A stretch of DNA of 64,000 nucleotides from Terriglobia bacterium (GCA_965206645.1 CBDBKE010000004.1:1120001-1184000), one strand, 5' to 3'; shown: positions 34,359 to 45,943, counted from the stretch's first letter. Numbers and translations: made by a program. Notes: a model not told the origin generated them from the sequence alone.

Positions 34359-35216
34359 ATGAGTCGCCACCTTGTGTGCAGCACCCTCGTGGTTGCCACC
34401 CTCATCCTCGCGGTGTGCAGTTCGGCCTGTGTTCAGACACACGATGAACACAGGCCAGCCGCACAAGCCCTCGCAGACCTCCGCGCCAGCGCCGAGGCGG
34501 GCGACGCCGAGGCGCAGTTCATCCTCGGCGGCATTCATGTCACCGGCGTCGGCGTGCCACCGGATGTCGCCGAAGCGGTCGCGTGGTACCGCCGCGCCGC
34601 CGAGCAGGGTGACGCCTCGGCGCAGAACAACCTCGGGGGGATGTACGCCGAGGGCGTCGGCGTGCCACAGGATGCCGCCGAAGCGGTCGCGTGGTACCGC
34701 CGCGCCGCCGAGCAAGGCGACGCCACGGCGCAGAGCAACCTCGGGGGGATGTACGACCAAGGCCTCGGCGTGCCACAGGATGCCGCCGAAGCGGTCGCGT
34801 GGTACCGCCGCGACGCCGAGCAGGGCGTCGCGCGCGCGCAGTACAACCTCGGGGGCATGTACCGAGAGGGCCGAGCCGTGCCACAGGATGCCGCCGGGGC
34901 CGTCGCGTGGTACCGCCGCGCCGCCGAGCAGGACCACGTGCGCGCGCAGTACAACCTCGGGGGCATGTATGCCGAGGGCCGAGCCGTGCCACAGGATGCC
35001 GTCGAGGCCCACATGTGGTTGACCATCGCCGCCTCTCGGTTAACCGGCGCGGAGCGTGAGCAAATCGTGACGGCGCGCGCCGCCGTCGCCGTGCGGATGA
35101 CACCGACAGACTTGCGCGAGGCAGAAGGCCGCGCGCAGGCGTGGCACGCGGCGCACCAGGGCATGAGGAATCGTGCCGTGCCGCGCCGCCCAGCGACACG
35201 GCACGCGAAGGCTTGA
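34359..35216 (+). CDS. Exported Sel1-repeat protein (5 repeats)
   Basis: Repeated AEQG..AQ.NLG.MY..G.GVPQD..EAV.WYRRA; 108-bp DNA repeats; signal peptide. Confidence 0.93.
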   Translation: MSRHLVCSTLVVATLILAVCSSACVQTHDEHRPAAQALADLRASAEAGDAEAQFILGGIHVTGVGVPPDVAEAVAWYRRAAEQGDASAQNNLGGMYAEGVGVPQDAAEAVAWYRRAAEQGDATAQSNLGGMYDQGLGVPQDAAEAVAWYRRDAEQGVARAQYNLGGMYREGRAVPQDAAGAVAWYRRAAEQDHVRAQYNLGGMYAEGRAVPQDAVEAHMWLTIAASRLTGAEREQIVTARAAVAVRMTPTDLREAEGRAQAWHAAHQGMRNRAVPRRPATRHAKA

Positions 35217-35594
35217 TTATCGCTCTCGAGCTCTTGTTCGCCCTGTGACGGGCGAACGCGGGCCGGGCTCCCCCTTTTGCCTACGTCGGCCCGAGGCGGC
35301 GACGGATGATGAATCAACAGATGAATCCGCCGCACCGCAACCGGCTCCGCAGACAGGGCCAGGAATGGACAGACACCCACCTTGAAGCCATCGATCATGC
35401 AAGCCCGCTCTATGAAAGCACGCCATTCGAGTACATCAAGACCGGTGGTGTGTCACGTGTGCATATCACTCGCGTCGCCGGGGCCGCCGAAACGTGGATC
35501 GCTGGTCTCCAGAAATCGCACGAAGAGAAAGTAAAGGTGGACGTTACGTGAAGGGGAACTCCACTCAAGCTGAATTTTTCCTTGAAGGAGGATT

Positions 35595-35903
35595 ATGGCT
35601 ACGAGAGCGATGACTCAAACTCAACTGATTCGGCATCTAGCCGAGAGTTGCCAGCTAAGCAACAAAGTTGCCCGCCAGTTTATGGAGACCCTGGCGGCGC
35701 CCGCCCTGAAAGAGACCAAGAAGAATGGCCTCTTCGTCTTTCCCGGCATCGGGCGGCTGGTCAAGTCGAAACGCAAGGCTCGCATGGGAAGGAACCCAGC
35801 CACCGGTGCGGCCATCAAGATTGCAGCCAAGACGGTGGTGAAGTTCCGGGTTGCCAAGGCCGCCAAGGACTCCATCGCTCCGAGCAAGGCGAAAAAGAAA
35901 TAA
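35595..35903 (+). CDS. HU-family DNA-binding protein
   Basis: RKARMGRNPATGAAIKIAAK..VKFR; GGAGG RBS. Confidence 0.93.
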   Translation: MATRAMTQTQLIRHLAESCQLSNKVARQFMETLAAPALKETKKNGLFVFPGIGRLVKSKRKARMGRNPATGAAIKIAAKTVVKFRVAKAAKDSIAPSKAKKK

Positions 35904-36071
35904 TATCGTGGTTTTGACCGGAAGCTCTGACGATGACGGGAGTTGTCCGCCTCCTAAACGAGGATCTGTCTATTCCGGAATGTAGGACCGGTTTTCCCTA
36001 ACCGGCCCTGATCTTTCCGTCTCCAAGCCAAAGGCTCGTTCTATAAGGGTGTTCGATCCGCGTTAGGATCA

Positions 36072-36127
36072 TTCTTCATGATCTCTTCAGCCTACCAGCC
36101 GCCATCGCTCAAAGTTGCAACACAACC
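36072..36127 (-). mobile_element. Second left-end remnant related to the IS6 at 26845
   Basis: GGTTGTGTTGCAACTTTG IR to the ATG. Confidence 0.7.
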
Positions 36128-36460
36128 CGGCACCGGCCCCGCACCCGGATCGTCTTCCGGGGAGATTCCCGCTACGGCCGCCCGCAGGCCATCTGCGAAC
36201 CCGCCTCTTCGTTCGCCATGCGACAGTCTGCGATGAACCGTTCGCGGTCGAGTAACACCACCCCACCCGGCCAGGAGCCGCCGGGCGCGTCCGGTTATTT
36301 CAGCAAGATGCGCCAGCAATCGAACGCGGCAAGGGTCGCGCATTTGCCCAAGTTATAATGTCCCATAGCCCAAATAATTACATTCCTTAACTCGTGTGCG
36401 ACACGCTTATCCTAGTAGGCGATCCAATAGGCAACAATTCCTGTTCGGAGATCTGCGACC

Positions 36461-37351
36461 ATGCCGCCCCTTCTGCCGCTTGAATGCCTGCGCTTCTTCG
36501 AAGTCGCGGCCCGCCGCGAGAGCTTCGCCAAGGCGGCTGAGGAGCTCCACGTCTCATCGTCGGCCGTTGCGCACCGCATCAAGGTACTGGAAAAGCATCT
36601 CGACGGCGCGCTGTTCGATCGCAGTCATCGTAGTGTGCGCCTGAACGGGCGCGGCAAGACGTATCTGAAGGATGTGCAGCGCATTCTGGCCGAGATCCAG
36701 ATCGTCACGGAACGCCGCCGAGGCGATTCCGGGACACAGCGACTGAAAATGGTTTCGGTCGAGGCCGTCGCCCAGAAGTGGCTCATGCCGAAGCTCGCGG
36801 ATTTCCAAGTGTCCCACCCCGGCGTCATCATCGAGTTGGAGACCAACCATCGCGGCGTCGACCCGGCGCGACGCGATTTCGATATCTGGATCGCATACGT
36901 CGGCGAGACCGCTGCGCCGCGCCCGGAGGGTCTGTTCGAGGAGACGCTGTACGAGGAGGATCTGCTTCCGGTCTGCAGTCCGAGCCTTATCGAGGCGCGC
37001 GGAAGGCCCCGCGATCCGGTCGAGCTGCATGACTGGCCCCTGCTGTACGATCTCGGATGGGACACCGACTGGCCGTACTGGTTCGCGCGCCAGGGCAAAC
37101 CGTCGCCGGACCTCTCGCGGGCGTCGGGCTTCCGCCTCTACAGCATGGTGGTCGACGCCGCCGTGGAGGGCATGGGGGCGGCTATGGGACACTCGCGGGT
37201 GATCGCGCGGGAGATGGAACGGGGCGCGCTGGTCCCTCTGTTCGACCGGCAGGTCGAAACACCCGCGCGGTGCTGCCTCATCACGACGGCCGACTCCAGG
37301 CGCAATCCAGGAGTCCGGGCATTCCGGAAATGGATACGGAAAGAGGCTTGA
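36461..37351 (+). CDS. LysR-family regulator (GcvA-like)
   Basis: LPLECLRFFEVAARRESFAKAAEELHVSSSAV.HRIK.LE. Confidence 0.93.
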   Translation: MPPLLPLECLRFFEVAARRESFAKAAEELHVSSSAVAHRIKVLEKHLDGALFDRSHRSVRLNGRGKTYLKDVQRILAEIQIVTERRRGDSGTQRLKMVSVEAVAQKWLMPKLADFQVSHPGVIIELETNHRGVDPARRDFDIWIAYVGETAAPRPEGLFEETLYEEDLLPVCSPSLIEARGRPRDPVELHDWPLLYDLGWDTDWPYWFARQGKPSPDLSRASGFRLYSMVVDAAVEGMGAAMGHSRVIAREMERGALVPLFDRQVETPARCCLITTADSRRNPGVRAFRKWIRKEA

Positions 37352-37365
37352 ACCGGCCGCTGGGG

Positions 37366-37496
37366 GGTACTGTCAAGTTGAGCAGAATCTGCCCGTTTTG
37401 CGGAAGGATTCTGCTGGATCAGAGACTGATAATCAATGACTTAGCGGTGGCGGCGGGCGGCGAGAATGCCGCCAAACTGCTTAACTTGACAGTATC
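37366..37496 (+). mobile_element. MITE-A copy 4 (one mismatch in the right IR)
   Basis: Same element, ending AACTTGACAGTATC. Confidence 0.92.
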
Positions 37497-37688
37497 GTTC
37501 TCCTTGTTGCTATGTCGTTGCCCGCATGGATGCCTCGACGACGAAGGCGCATCCGCAGACGCCCCCTATGGCCGTGAACACCACGCGACGGACGTCCCTG
37601 GTTCGATCACTCGTTTTCTTTTTTGCCATCGTACCGCGTAATTATACGCGGTACGATGCGCCGAACAGCCTCGGTCCGACCCTCGGAC

Positions 37689-38968
37689 TGACCTGCCGGC
37701 TTTCTTCGGACCACCGATTACTGGAGAACAGCGCCAGTCGGCATGGTTAAGTCGCTCTCGTGTTCTTCTTGGTCAGCGTGAGCCGGCATCGCCGGCGAGC
37801 GCCCACCGTCATCCGAGCCAGCACGGAGCTGCGCTTTGAACTCGGCTGGCGTCAGATAGCCAAGGCTCGAGTGCGGTCGCACGTCGTTGTAGTGCCGTCG
37901 CCATTGCTCGATCCCCACCTTCGCGTCCACGCGGTTCCGAAACCACTGCAGGCTCAGATACTCGTCGCGGAACTTCCCGTTGAACGATTCGTCGGTCGCA
38001 TTCTGCCACGGCTTGCCCGGCTCGATGAGCGCGGTTTCGATCTGCGCCTGGAGCAGCCACCGGAGAATCGCACCCGCGACAAACTCGGGGCCGTTGTCGG
38101 ACCGGAGGTAACGTGGGGCTCCGTGGACGCTCACGAGCTGCGTGAGCACCTCGATAACGCGCCCGGACCGAATGCCGCCGGCCACGTCGATCGCGAGTGA
38201 CTCGCGGGTCCATTCGTCGACGACGGTGAGGCACTTGAGCGTCTGCCCATTCGCGCAGGTGTCGAACACGAAGTCGTACGCCCAGACGTGATTGACCGCA
38301 GTGGCGGGCACCGGGCGGGGCCGGCTCAGGGCGACCCGGCGCCGCGGCCGCCGCCGAGGCACCTGCAACCCCGCCTGGCGCCAGAGGCGATGGGTCCGGT
38401 CCGTGCTCATCGTGTGCCCTTCGCGTTTTAGGAAAATCCGAATCCGGCGATAGCCGTACCGCGGATACTGCGCCGCCAGACGACGCATCGCGGCCAGCGC
38501 CGGGGCATCCCGGTCGACCAGCCGCGACTGGTAGCCCAGCGTGGACCGTGCGACGGAGAGCAAGGCGCACGCGCGGCGACCCGACAGACCGCGTGCACGT
38601 GCATACGCGACCTGCGGCCGGCGCACGCGTGCGCCTACCATTTTTTTCGGGTGATCTCCTTGAGCACGTCGATCTCCAGATCTCGATCGGCCACCATCTT
38701 TTTCAGCCGGCCGTTCTCCTGCTCGAGCTGCCGCAGCCGCTTCACATCGGCGGGCTCCAACGTGCCGAAGTGTTTCCGCCAGGCGTAGAGCGTCTGGGCG
38801 CTGACGCCGTTCTTTTTGGCCACCTCCGGAACGGGCCGCTGATCGGCCTCGCGGAGGATCGTCACCATCTGCTCTTCGGTAAACCGGGTCTTCTTCATGG
38901 CTCCCTCGTTTCTCCGAGGGCGCCATTCTCTCAGGCTTCAGCTGGTCCGGAAATCGCCAGGCAGGTCA
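37689..38968 (-). mobile_element. Second IS3-family (IS407-like) element with 4-bp TSD GGAC
   Basis: TGACCTGCC IRs; orfA 38635-38898, A7 frameshift run, orfB DDE; GGAC on both flanks. Confidence 0.96.
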
Positions 38969-39245
38969 GGACGGCCTCTAATTTCGCTCTCCGGACCCTA
39001 TGCGAAGTCGGCAACTCACCTTGTCTCTCTTACACCTATGAATCGGCACGGTAAGGCCCTTTTAACCTCCGAAATGGGACCTCAATAAATACTGTCGTTA
39101 ACGAGTACAGGGTTCGAAATAGCCCTCCATGAACTCCGGTCCAAAGGGATTTCCTGCTCCGACACAACATGTTCACCTTCAGAAATCAGTTTTTGTTCTT
39201 TCTATAGATCGAGCAAGCGGCAGGCAGGACGCCCCTGGGGCCGCT

Positions 39246-40910
39246 TCACCCAGAGGCGTTCGAGGGAGCCTTGGGCTTGGTGAGCGGCTGCGGAGCTGGC
39301 AGGGGCTTTCTGGGAATGCGTTCCTCCCTGTTGGCCGCCTGGTAAATGAAGGTCGCGACAATCATCGACGCCTGGATCAAATCCGCCACCTGAATGCGGT
39401 CCAGATTATCCATATTCGAGTGATGCGTCCGGGTTTCGTACTCGACTCGATCCTGGATGAACTGGAAACCAGGCAGTCCGACGGCGTCGAACGACAAATG
39501 GTCCGTTCCACTCGTGTTGCGGATGCTCAACGTTCTCGCTCCCATATCACTGAACGGAGCCAGCCATTGCCGGAAAATCGGCCGTACCCGATCGTTGCCT
39601 TGCAGGTAGACGCCCCTAATCTTGCCCGTTCCGTTGTCCACATTGAAGTAGGCCGAGAACTTGTCGTGGGCTTCTTTGATCTGCATCGTTTCCGGATCCC
39701 CGAAATGCTGCTTGACGTACGCCTTCGATCCAAGCAGTCCCTGTTCTTCTCCGCCCCAAAGCACAATCCGGACCGTGCGGGCGAGCGGCAGTTTGAGCTT
39801 CGTCAGGATGCGAACCGCTTCCATCATGACGGCACAGCCCGCACCATTGTCCGTCGCGCCGAGTGCCGCCGCCGTGGAGTCCAAGTGTCCACCCAACATG
39901 ACGAGTTCTTCGGCCTTGTCTCCGCCGGAGATTTCTGCGACGACGTTGACCGAATCCAGGTCCTCGCGGTAGATTGTCGTGCGCACCTCGACTTCGATCG
40001 TGGCTCCGATTCCCCTGTTGATCAGTCGGAAGATACGGTTGTAGTGTTCCGGCGTGAGGGCGACGGAGGGAGGCGGAAGGGGGTCTTCCACATGCCGGTT
40101 GCCCGCGCGAGGAGGAAACACCGTTCCGCCGCTGCCCTGAAATGCGGGATGCAGCACCAGCCGGACTCCTTCCGAGACCAGGAAGTCATTCAGCTTCGCT
40201 TGGATCCGGCGTCTCTCTTTACGCCGGGACTCTCGGTACCAGGCTGGCGCTTTGGCGAAGAAAGACCGCGCATCCTCCGGGTCGCTGGGGATCTCCAATT
40301 CGGGGTCGAGAAAATCGATCGGTGCCGAAGGTTGCGGCGCCACGGATAGCTGTTCCAACTCGGCATTCGAATAACGATGCAACGCAGCTCGGGACTGGGG
40401 CCGCACTTTAATAGGCTCGGCGATCATGAGCAGCGCTCCGCCAAGCTTGCCCTTCCATTTGGCGATGTACGCGTTGACCGCCTGCTCGTCGCGCGGTAGA
40501 CGGCTTTCCCGCTTGAGCGGCGCCAGAAGGGGGGGGCCCTTCAGCCTCCCCTTGGTCGACGGACTCCAGCCGAGCGGGACCCCGATCAGTTGCTCATACT
40601 GAGGCTCCAGCAGATGTGCCGAAAAGTATTCTCGCGACCAGCCCTGTCCGAACGGTCCCCATTTCTCCAGAGCTGCCTTCGCAAGACCCCATTCCTGGAA
40701 CCGCTGGACCGCCCACTCGGCCGATCCGAGGAACCCGGGCGAGTTGGTCACCCGCGGTCCATACACGTCGACAAGGTGCAACAGATGCTCCATCACTTGG
40801 CTGTTCTCGTAGGCTTCGTGCCGGATGCGGTTGACGACTTCCAGATCGGGCGTGTCATCCGCGGCGGTCAGTGTGAGGCAGCACAGAGCTGCAAGCAAGT
40901 ATCGCAACAT
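39246..40910 (-). CDS. M28-family metallopeptidase (carboxypeptidase Q-like), exported
   Basis: GGHLDS, GATDNGAG, GEEQGLLGS, GTDHLSF, HHSNMD; signal peptide. Confidence 0.93.
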   Translation of the reverse strand: MLRYLLAALCCLTLTAADDTPDLEVVNRIRHEAYENSQVMEHLLHLVDVYGPRVTNSPGFLGSAEWAVQRFQEWGLAKAALEKWGPFGQGWSREYFSAHLLEPQYEQLIGVPLGWSPSTKGRLKGPPLLAPLKRESRLPRDEQAVNAYIAKWKGKLGGALLMIAEPIKVRPQSRAALHRYSNAELEQLSVAPQPSAPIDFLDPELEIPSDPEDARSFFAKAPAWYRESRRKERRRIQAKLNDFLVSEGVRLVLHPAFQGSGGTVFPPRAGNRHVEDPLPPPSVALTPEHYNRIFRLINRGIGATIEVEVRTTIYREDLDSVNVVAEISGGDKAEELVMLGGHLDSTAAALGATDNGAGCAVMMEAVRILTKLKLPLARTVRIVLWGGEEQGLLGSKAYVKQHFGDPETMQIKEAHDKFSAYFNVDNGTGKIRGVYLQGNDRVRPIFRQWLAPFSDMGARTLSIRNTSGTDHLSFDAVGLPGFQFIQDRVEYETRTHHSNMDNLDRIQVADLIQASMIVATFIYQAANREERIPRKPLPAPQPLTKPKAPSNASG

Positions 40911-40943
40911 GACCCCAACTCTAGCACAGCAGCAGTTGGCGGG

Positions 40944-40986
40944 TGGTGAGTCCTTGCAGGACTCGAACCTGCAACCAACCGATTAT
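40944..40986 (-). tRNA. 3' half of a tRNA (probably Ile2/CAT type); att-like remnant, not a full gene
   Basis: ATAATCGGTTGGTT GCAGG TTCGAGT CCTGC ...ACCA on the minus strand; no 5' half. Confidence 0.7.
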
Positions 40987-41091
40987 TCGACGCTTTCATC
41001 GTCGATCAAAAGGCAGCTCAACCTGTCCGGCTACGTCCAGGTGACCGTCTACCTGTGCAAAGAGCTGGAGAAGGAAACCGTGCGGCTGAAG

Positions 41092-42153
41092 GGCGTTGTT
41101 GCAGAAATCTGACTCCATCCCCAACGCTCTCCCTCCTGATAGGCTAGGGGATGGGCAAAAGCGACTACACCTTCCGATATAAGGTTCGCAACTGGCCGGA
41201 GTACAACCGGGCTCTGGTGAAACGTGGGCAGCTGACACTGTGGTTCGACACGGAGGCAGTGGCTGCCTGGCGTCATCCAGGACCCTTCGAAGGGCGAGGC
41301 CGGCCCAAGGTCTACGCAGATGCGGCGATCCAATGTGCGCTGGTCCTGAATTCGGTGTTTCGCCTCAACCTACGGACCACTCAAGGGTTCCTTCAATCCA
41401 TCGTGGCGCTCATGGCTCTCGACCTCCCAGTGCCCAACTACAGCACGGTGAGCCGAAGGCAAAGCGCCGTCGACGTCCGACTGAGTGTAGGGCCCACGGA
41501 TCGACCACGACATGTCGTCATCGATTCGACGGGCCTGAAGATCTACGGAGCCGGTGAGTGGCACATCAGAAAACACCGAACCCTCCGCCGTAGGACATGG
41601 CGAAAGCTCCACCTAGGCGTCGATGAGACGACGAAAGAGATCGTTGCGATGGACCTGACTGCGAGCAACGTCCACGACGCCCGAAGGCTCTCTTCGTTGC
41701 TGTCTAAGACTCCTGGTTCGATCGGGCAAGTCTCCGCAGACCGGGCCTACGACACGGGTTCCTGCTACGAGGCCGTGCTCCAGCACGACGCTATCGTGAC
41801 GATCTTGCCGCGACGCAATGCACGATGCAGCCGAGACTCTCATCCGCCTCCGTGGCGTGCGATGCGTGATACCCATCTCCGGCGTATTAGGACGCAGGGC
41901 CGTTATGAGTGGCGGAAGTCGAGTGGCTGCACTCGCCAGAGCGTGGCGGAGAATGCGGTCTCACGGTACAAGGCGATACTCGGGGTAAGCCTCTCGGCCC
42001 GCACGGTCAAGAACCAAAAAGTCGAAGCCGCGATCAAGTGCGCTGTGCTGAACCGGATGGCGGAGCTTGGAATGCCACGATCGGAGCGCGTGTACTGAGG
42101 CGGATGAGCTTCTCGGCCCGGTTCGCCGCGAGCGCGAATTACGCAACAACGCC
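41092..42153 (+). mobile_element. IS5-family (IS903-like) copy 2 with intact transposase (41151-42098)
   Basis: IRs and full 315-aa ORF. Confidence 0.95.
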
Positions 42154-42577
42154 CTGCTGATCCCCAAAGGCAAGGAACCGGAGGACTACTCGGCATGGGC
42201 CAGCAAGGTCGGCGAGAGCTCTGGCTTAGGCGGGGAGATGATGCTGTCGATCTGCTACTCGGCCGACGGGGAGACGGATTGGGTGATCAGAGGGATAGTC
42301 GGCGTCCCAGGGTTTCCCGAGGACGATATGGAGCGCCACATCGCGGCAACGAAACTTGCCGAGAACGGCCCTGCCTAAACCCCGGACGCCTGACCCTCAA
42401 TGTGGACAGCCTCATAGAGGGCATGTTAGACGTCGAACTCAAGATATTATGGTGCTGTTAACTTAAGTCTCCAGGATTCCCGGGGCGGTTCAAGGTGAAG
42501 GATTCTGGCAAGATGAGCGGCAACCGGAATACACCTTAAACAGGCCGCCAAGCTGTCCACAAACCGGGGCCACCTCA

Positions 42578-43205
42578 GCTCAACCAGGACACGTTCTATT
42601 GGGGAACGCTCAAAGGGGTCGGGAAGATCTACGTCCAGGTCGTCGTCGACGCCTTCTGCTCATTGGCCTTCGCCAAGGTCTACACCTCGAAGATGCCGAT
42701 CACGGCCGCCGACCTGTTCTACGACCGCGTCCTGCCCTTCTACGAGGCCCTGGGTGTGCCGGCGCAGGCCGTCCTCACCGACAACGGCCGCGAGTTCTGT
42801 GGCCGCGCGGACCATCATCTCTACGAGTTGATGCTGGCGCTGCACGACATCGAGCACCGCCGCACATAGGTCCGCCATCCGCGGACCAACGGCTTCGTCG
42901 AGCGAATGAACCGCACCCTGCTGGATGAGTGCTTCCGGGTCAAGGGCCGCACGACCTGGCACACACGTCAGCCGAGGAAATCCAGCGCGATCTGGACCAG
43001 TACCTGACGTTCTACAATCTTAAGCGCAGCCACCAAGGCTACCGCCTCAAGGGCCGAACGCCGGCTCAGGCACTGCGTGAGGCGCTCGGCCCCAAGAAGC
43101 TGCCGCCGGTCGTTCCGATCACGGAAAAGGAGGTGCCGAAGCAAGTCGCGTGACCAGAGACAGACGCCGAAGATCCCGGTGTCGGGGAAATACTAAACTT
43201 GTACA
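42578..43205 (+). mobile_element. IS481-family 3' remnant (pseudogene)
   Basis: QDTFYWG.LKGVGKIY, LTDNGREFCG, PRTNGFVER; internal stop and frameshift; ends ...TGTACA. Confidence 0.85.
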
Positions 43206-43317
43206 GTTGGAGTGAACGCCTTGTGACGAATACGCAATAGGCCGAGCCGACCGTACAAGCATGCGTCAGTTGTCAATAGTTTAGGGAATTACATACCACA
43301 TTACACAGACGACGTAC

Positions 43318-43830
43318 CTATCGAAAGAACTCCGGATGGTCTGGATTCACAACTCCTGGATTATTCTCAATACTCACCGAGAAAAGACATCTCTCCAACT
43401 TGCCCATTAACGCGATAAGACTATCGAGCAAATCTCGGTCCTCATCAGGAACCTTATCAAGCCTTAACAACTCGTGAAAAGTATGATTCCTTTTCTTCGC
43501 ACACTTCTCCAATTCTTTCACCAAGGGCTGCACAATTCCTTCCCCTTTTAGGCTCTTACAGTACTTGAGGGCCGACGTAAAATAACTCTTGCGTTTCGGA
43601 GGCTTCCATCCCTTACAGGCCGCCGCATAACACACCATCGCTTCAATGACGCAAGCCGTTGTACACAATGATGTAAATAAGAATCCAGACTTTCTGGCTT
43701 CTTGCTCCTCTCTCATCACAGAGGCGAACAGTCTATTGGGAAGAATCCCTTGAATCTTCCCACCCCCAACTGTTCTAGGGAAATTTAGAAATACCGACGC
43801 CGTTTTTGAGTTATCCATAAGCACCTTCAT
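43318..43830 (-). CDS. Hypothetical protein, low GC (possible HEPN-like RxxxxH)
   Basis: 170-aa ORF in an AT-rich patch; KRNHTFH. Confidence 0.55.
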   Translation of the reverse strand: MKVLMDNSKTASVFLNFPRTVGGGKIQGILPNRLFASVMREEQEARKSGFLFTSLCTTACVIEAMVCYAAACKGWKPPKRKSYFTSALKYCKSLKGEGIVQPLVKELEKCAKKRNHTFHELLRLDKVPDEDRDLLDSLIALMGKLERCLFSVSIENNPGVVNPDHPEFFR

Positions 43831-43886
43831 AGGCTACCAGCGTCTCGACGCGGACGGCCCAATACTTATCGTCGTCAGCGACGCAG

Positions 43887-44948
43887 GGCGTTGTTGCAGA
43901 AATCTGACTCCATCCCCAACGCTCTCCCCCCTGATAGGCTAGGGGATGGGCAAAAGCGACTACACCTTCCGATATAAGGTTCGCAACTGGCCGGAGTACA
44001 ACCGGGCTCTGGTGAAACGTGGGCAGCTGACACTGTGGTTCGACACGGAGGCAGTCGCTGCCTAGCGTCATCCAGGACCCTTCGAAGGGCGAGGCCGGCC
44101 CAAGGTCTACGCAGATGCGGCGATCCAATGTGCGCTGGTCCTGAATTCGGTGTTTCACCTCAACCTACGGACCACTCAAGGGTTCCTTCAATCCATCGTG
44201 GCGCTCATGGCTCTCGACCTCCCAGTGCCCAACTACAGCACGGTGAGCCGAAGGCAAAGCGCCGTCGACGTCCGACTGAGTGTAGGGCCCACGGATCGAC
44301 CACGACATGTCGTCATCGATTCGACGGGCCTGAAGATCTACGGAGCCGGTGAGTGGCACATCAGAAAACACCGAACCCTCCGCCGTAGGACATGGCGAAA
44401 GCTCCACCTAGGCGTCGATGAGACGACGAAAGAGATCGTTGCGATGGACCTGACTGCGAGCAACGTCCACGACGCCCGAGGGCTCTCTTCGTTGCTGTCT
44501 AAGGCTCCTGGTTCGATCGGGCAAGTCTCCGCAGACCGGGCCTACGACACGGGTTCCTGCTACGAGGCCGTGCTCCAGCACGACGCTATCGTGACGATCT
44601 TGCCGCAACGCAATGCACAATGCAGCCGAGACTCTCATCCGCCTCCGTGGCGTGCGATGCGTGATACCAATCTCCGGCGTATTAGGACGCAGGGCCGTTA
44701 TGAGTGGCGGAAGTCGAGTGGCTGCACTCGCCAGAGCGTGGCGGAGAATGCGGTCTCACGGTACAAGGCGATACTCGGGGTAAGCCTCTCGGCCTGCACG
44801 GTCAAGAACCAAAAAGTCGAAGCCGCGATCAAGTGCGCTGTGCTGAACCGGATGGCGGAGCTTGGAATGCCACGATCGGAGCGCGTGCACTGAGGCGGAT
44901 GAGCTTCTCGGCCCGGTTCGCCGCGAGCGCGAATTACGCAACAACGCC
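43887..44948 (+). mobile_element. IS5-family copy 3 with nonsense mutation (TGG to TAG at ~44063)
   Basis: IRs; comparison with copy 2. Confidence 0.93.
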
Positions 44949-45112
44949 CATCAAAGAGACTAGCATACCCAACTTGGCAGGCCCTGCAACGCCGCACGAG
45001 GGGGCGCAGCCATCTCCTTTTGTGGTCGGCTTAGTTCTCTGGGGTTCCTGTTTATTCTGGTGCTGAAGGCCGCTGGAAGGTCGGAACGACTGAATCAAAT
45101 TGGAAATGCGGG

Positions 45113-45943
45113 CTAAAGTGTTAAATGGCGATCCGCTCTCTTGTCCTTCAGTTGCTCCCAGCTCATAGGTCGCCATTCCCGCGCCAACCGCTTGGCTTCG
45201 GCAACTTGTAAAGCAGTCATCTTCTCTGCCAGTGAGTCTCTCGCTAACCGGAAGTCCTCCGCGTTCTCTTTAGTTCGTGAAGCTGCCAAGTTAATCCACT
45301 TGTGGGCTTGGACGTAGTCCTGGGGCACGCCCTGGCCGTTGGCGTAGCTGACCCCGAGGTTGTATTGAGCACTGGCGTTCCCCTGCTCGGCAGCTTTGCG
45401 ATACCAACTCATGGCCTCTTGGTAGTCCTGGGGCACTCCCTCGCCGTTGTCGTACATGACCCCGAGGTTGTATTGAGCATTGGCGTACCCCTGTTCGGCG
45501 GCCTTGCGATACCAACCCACTGCCTCTTGGTCGTCCTGGGGCACGCCCCGGCCTTCGGCGTACATGACCCCGAGGTTGTATTGGGCCTCAGCGTTCCCCT
45601 GATCGGCGGCCTTGCGATACCACTTCAGAGCTTCTTGGTAGTCCTGGGACACACCCTCGCCGGTGGCGCACATGACCCCGAGGTTGTATTGGGCAATGGA
45701 GTACCCCTGCTCGGCGGCCAGCCGTAACCACTTCACAGCCTCTTTGTCGTCCTGGGACACGCCCTCGCCGGTGGCGTACATGACACCGAGGTTGTATTGG
45801 GCAATGACGTCGCCCTGCTCGGCGTCCTTGCGTAGCTGCTCGATGTCCTGGGTCTTGGCGGGTCCAGGTTGAAACCCTACTAGAACGACAAGAGCGATGA
45901 GTAAAAACGCTAGCTTTCCACTGCGAGTGTTCCGGTTGGTCAT
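45113..45943 (-). CDS. Exported Sel1-repeat protein (5 repeats)
   Basis: Five AEQG..AQYNLGV.Y..GEGV.QD repeats; signal peptide. Confidence 0.93.
   Translation of the reverse strand: MTNRNTRSGKLAFLLIALVVLVGFQPGPAKTQDIEQLRKDAEQGDVIAQYNLGVMYATGEGVSQDDKEAVKWLRLAAEQGYSIAQYNLGVMCATGEGVSQDYQEALKWYRKAADQGNAEAQYNLGVMYAEGRGVPQDDQEAVGWYRKAAEQGYANAQYNLGVMYDNGEGVPQDYQEAMSWYRKAAEQGNASAQYNLGVSYANGQGVPQDYVQAHKWINLAASRTKENAEDFRLARDSLAEKMTALQVAEAKRLAREWRPMSWEQLKDKRADRHLTL

Noticed and set aside
34490-35010. Regular tandem repeats resembling a CRISPR or guide array (also 45300-45830)
   Set aside because: The 108-bp period equals 36-aa Sel1 coding repeats; there are no unique spacers and no cas genes.
40944-40986. 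Functional tRNA gene
   Set aside because: The acceptor 5' strand, D-arm and full anticodon are missing.
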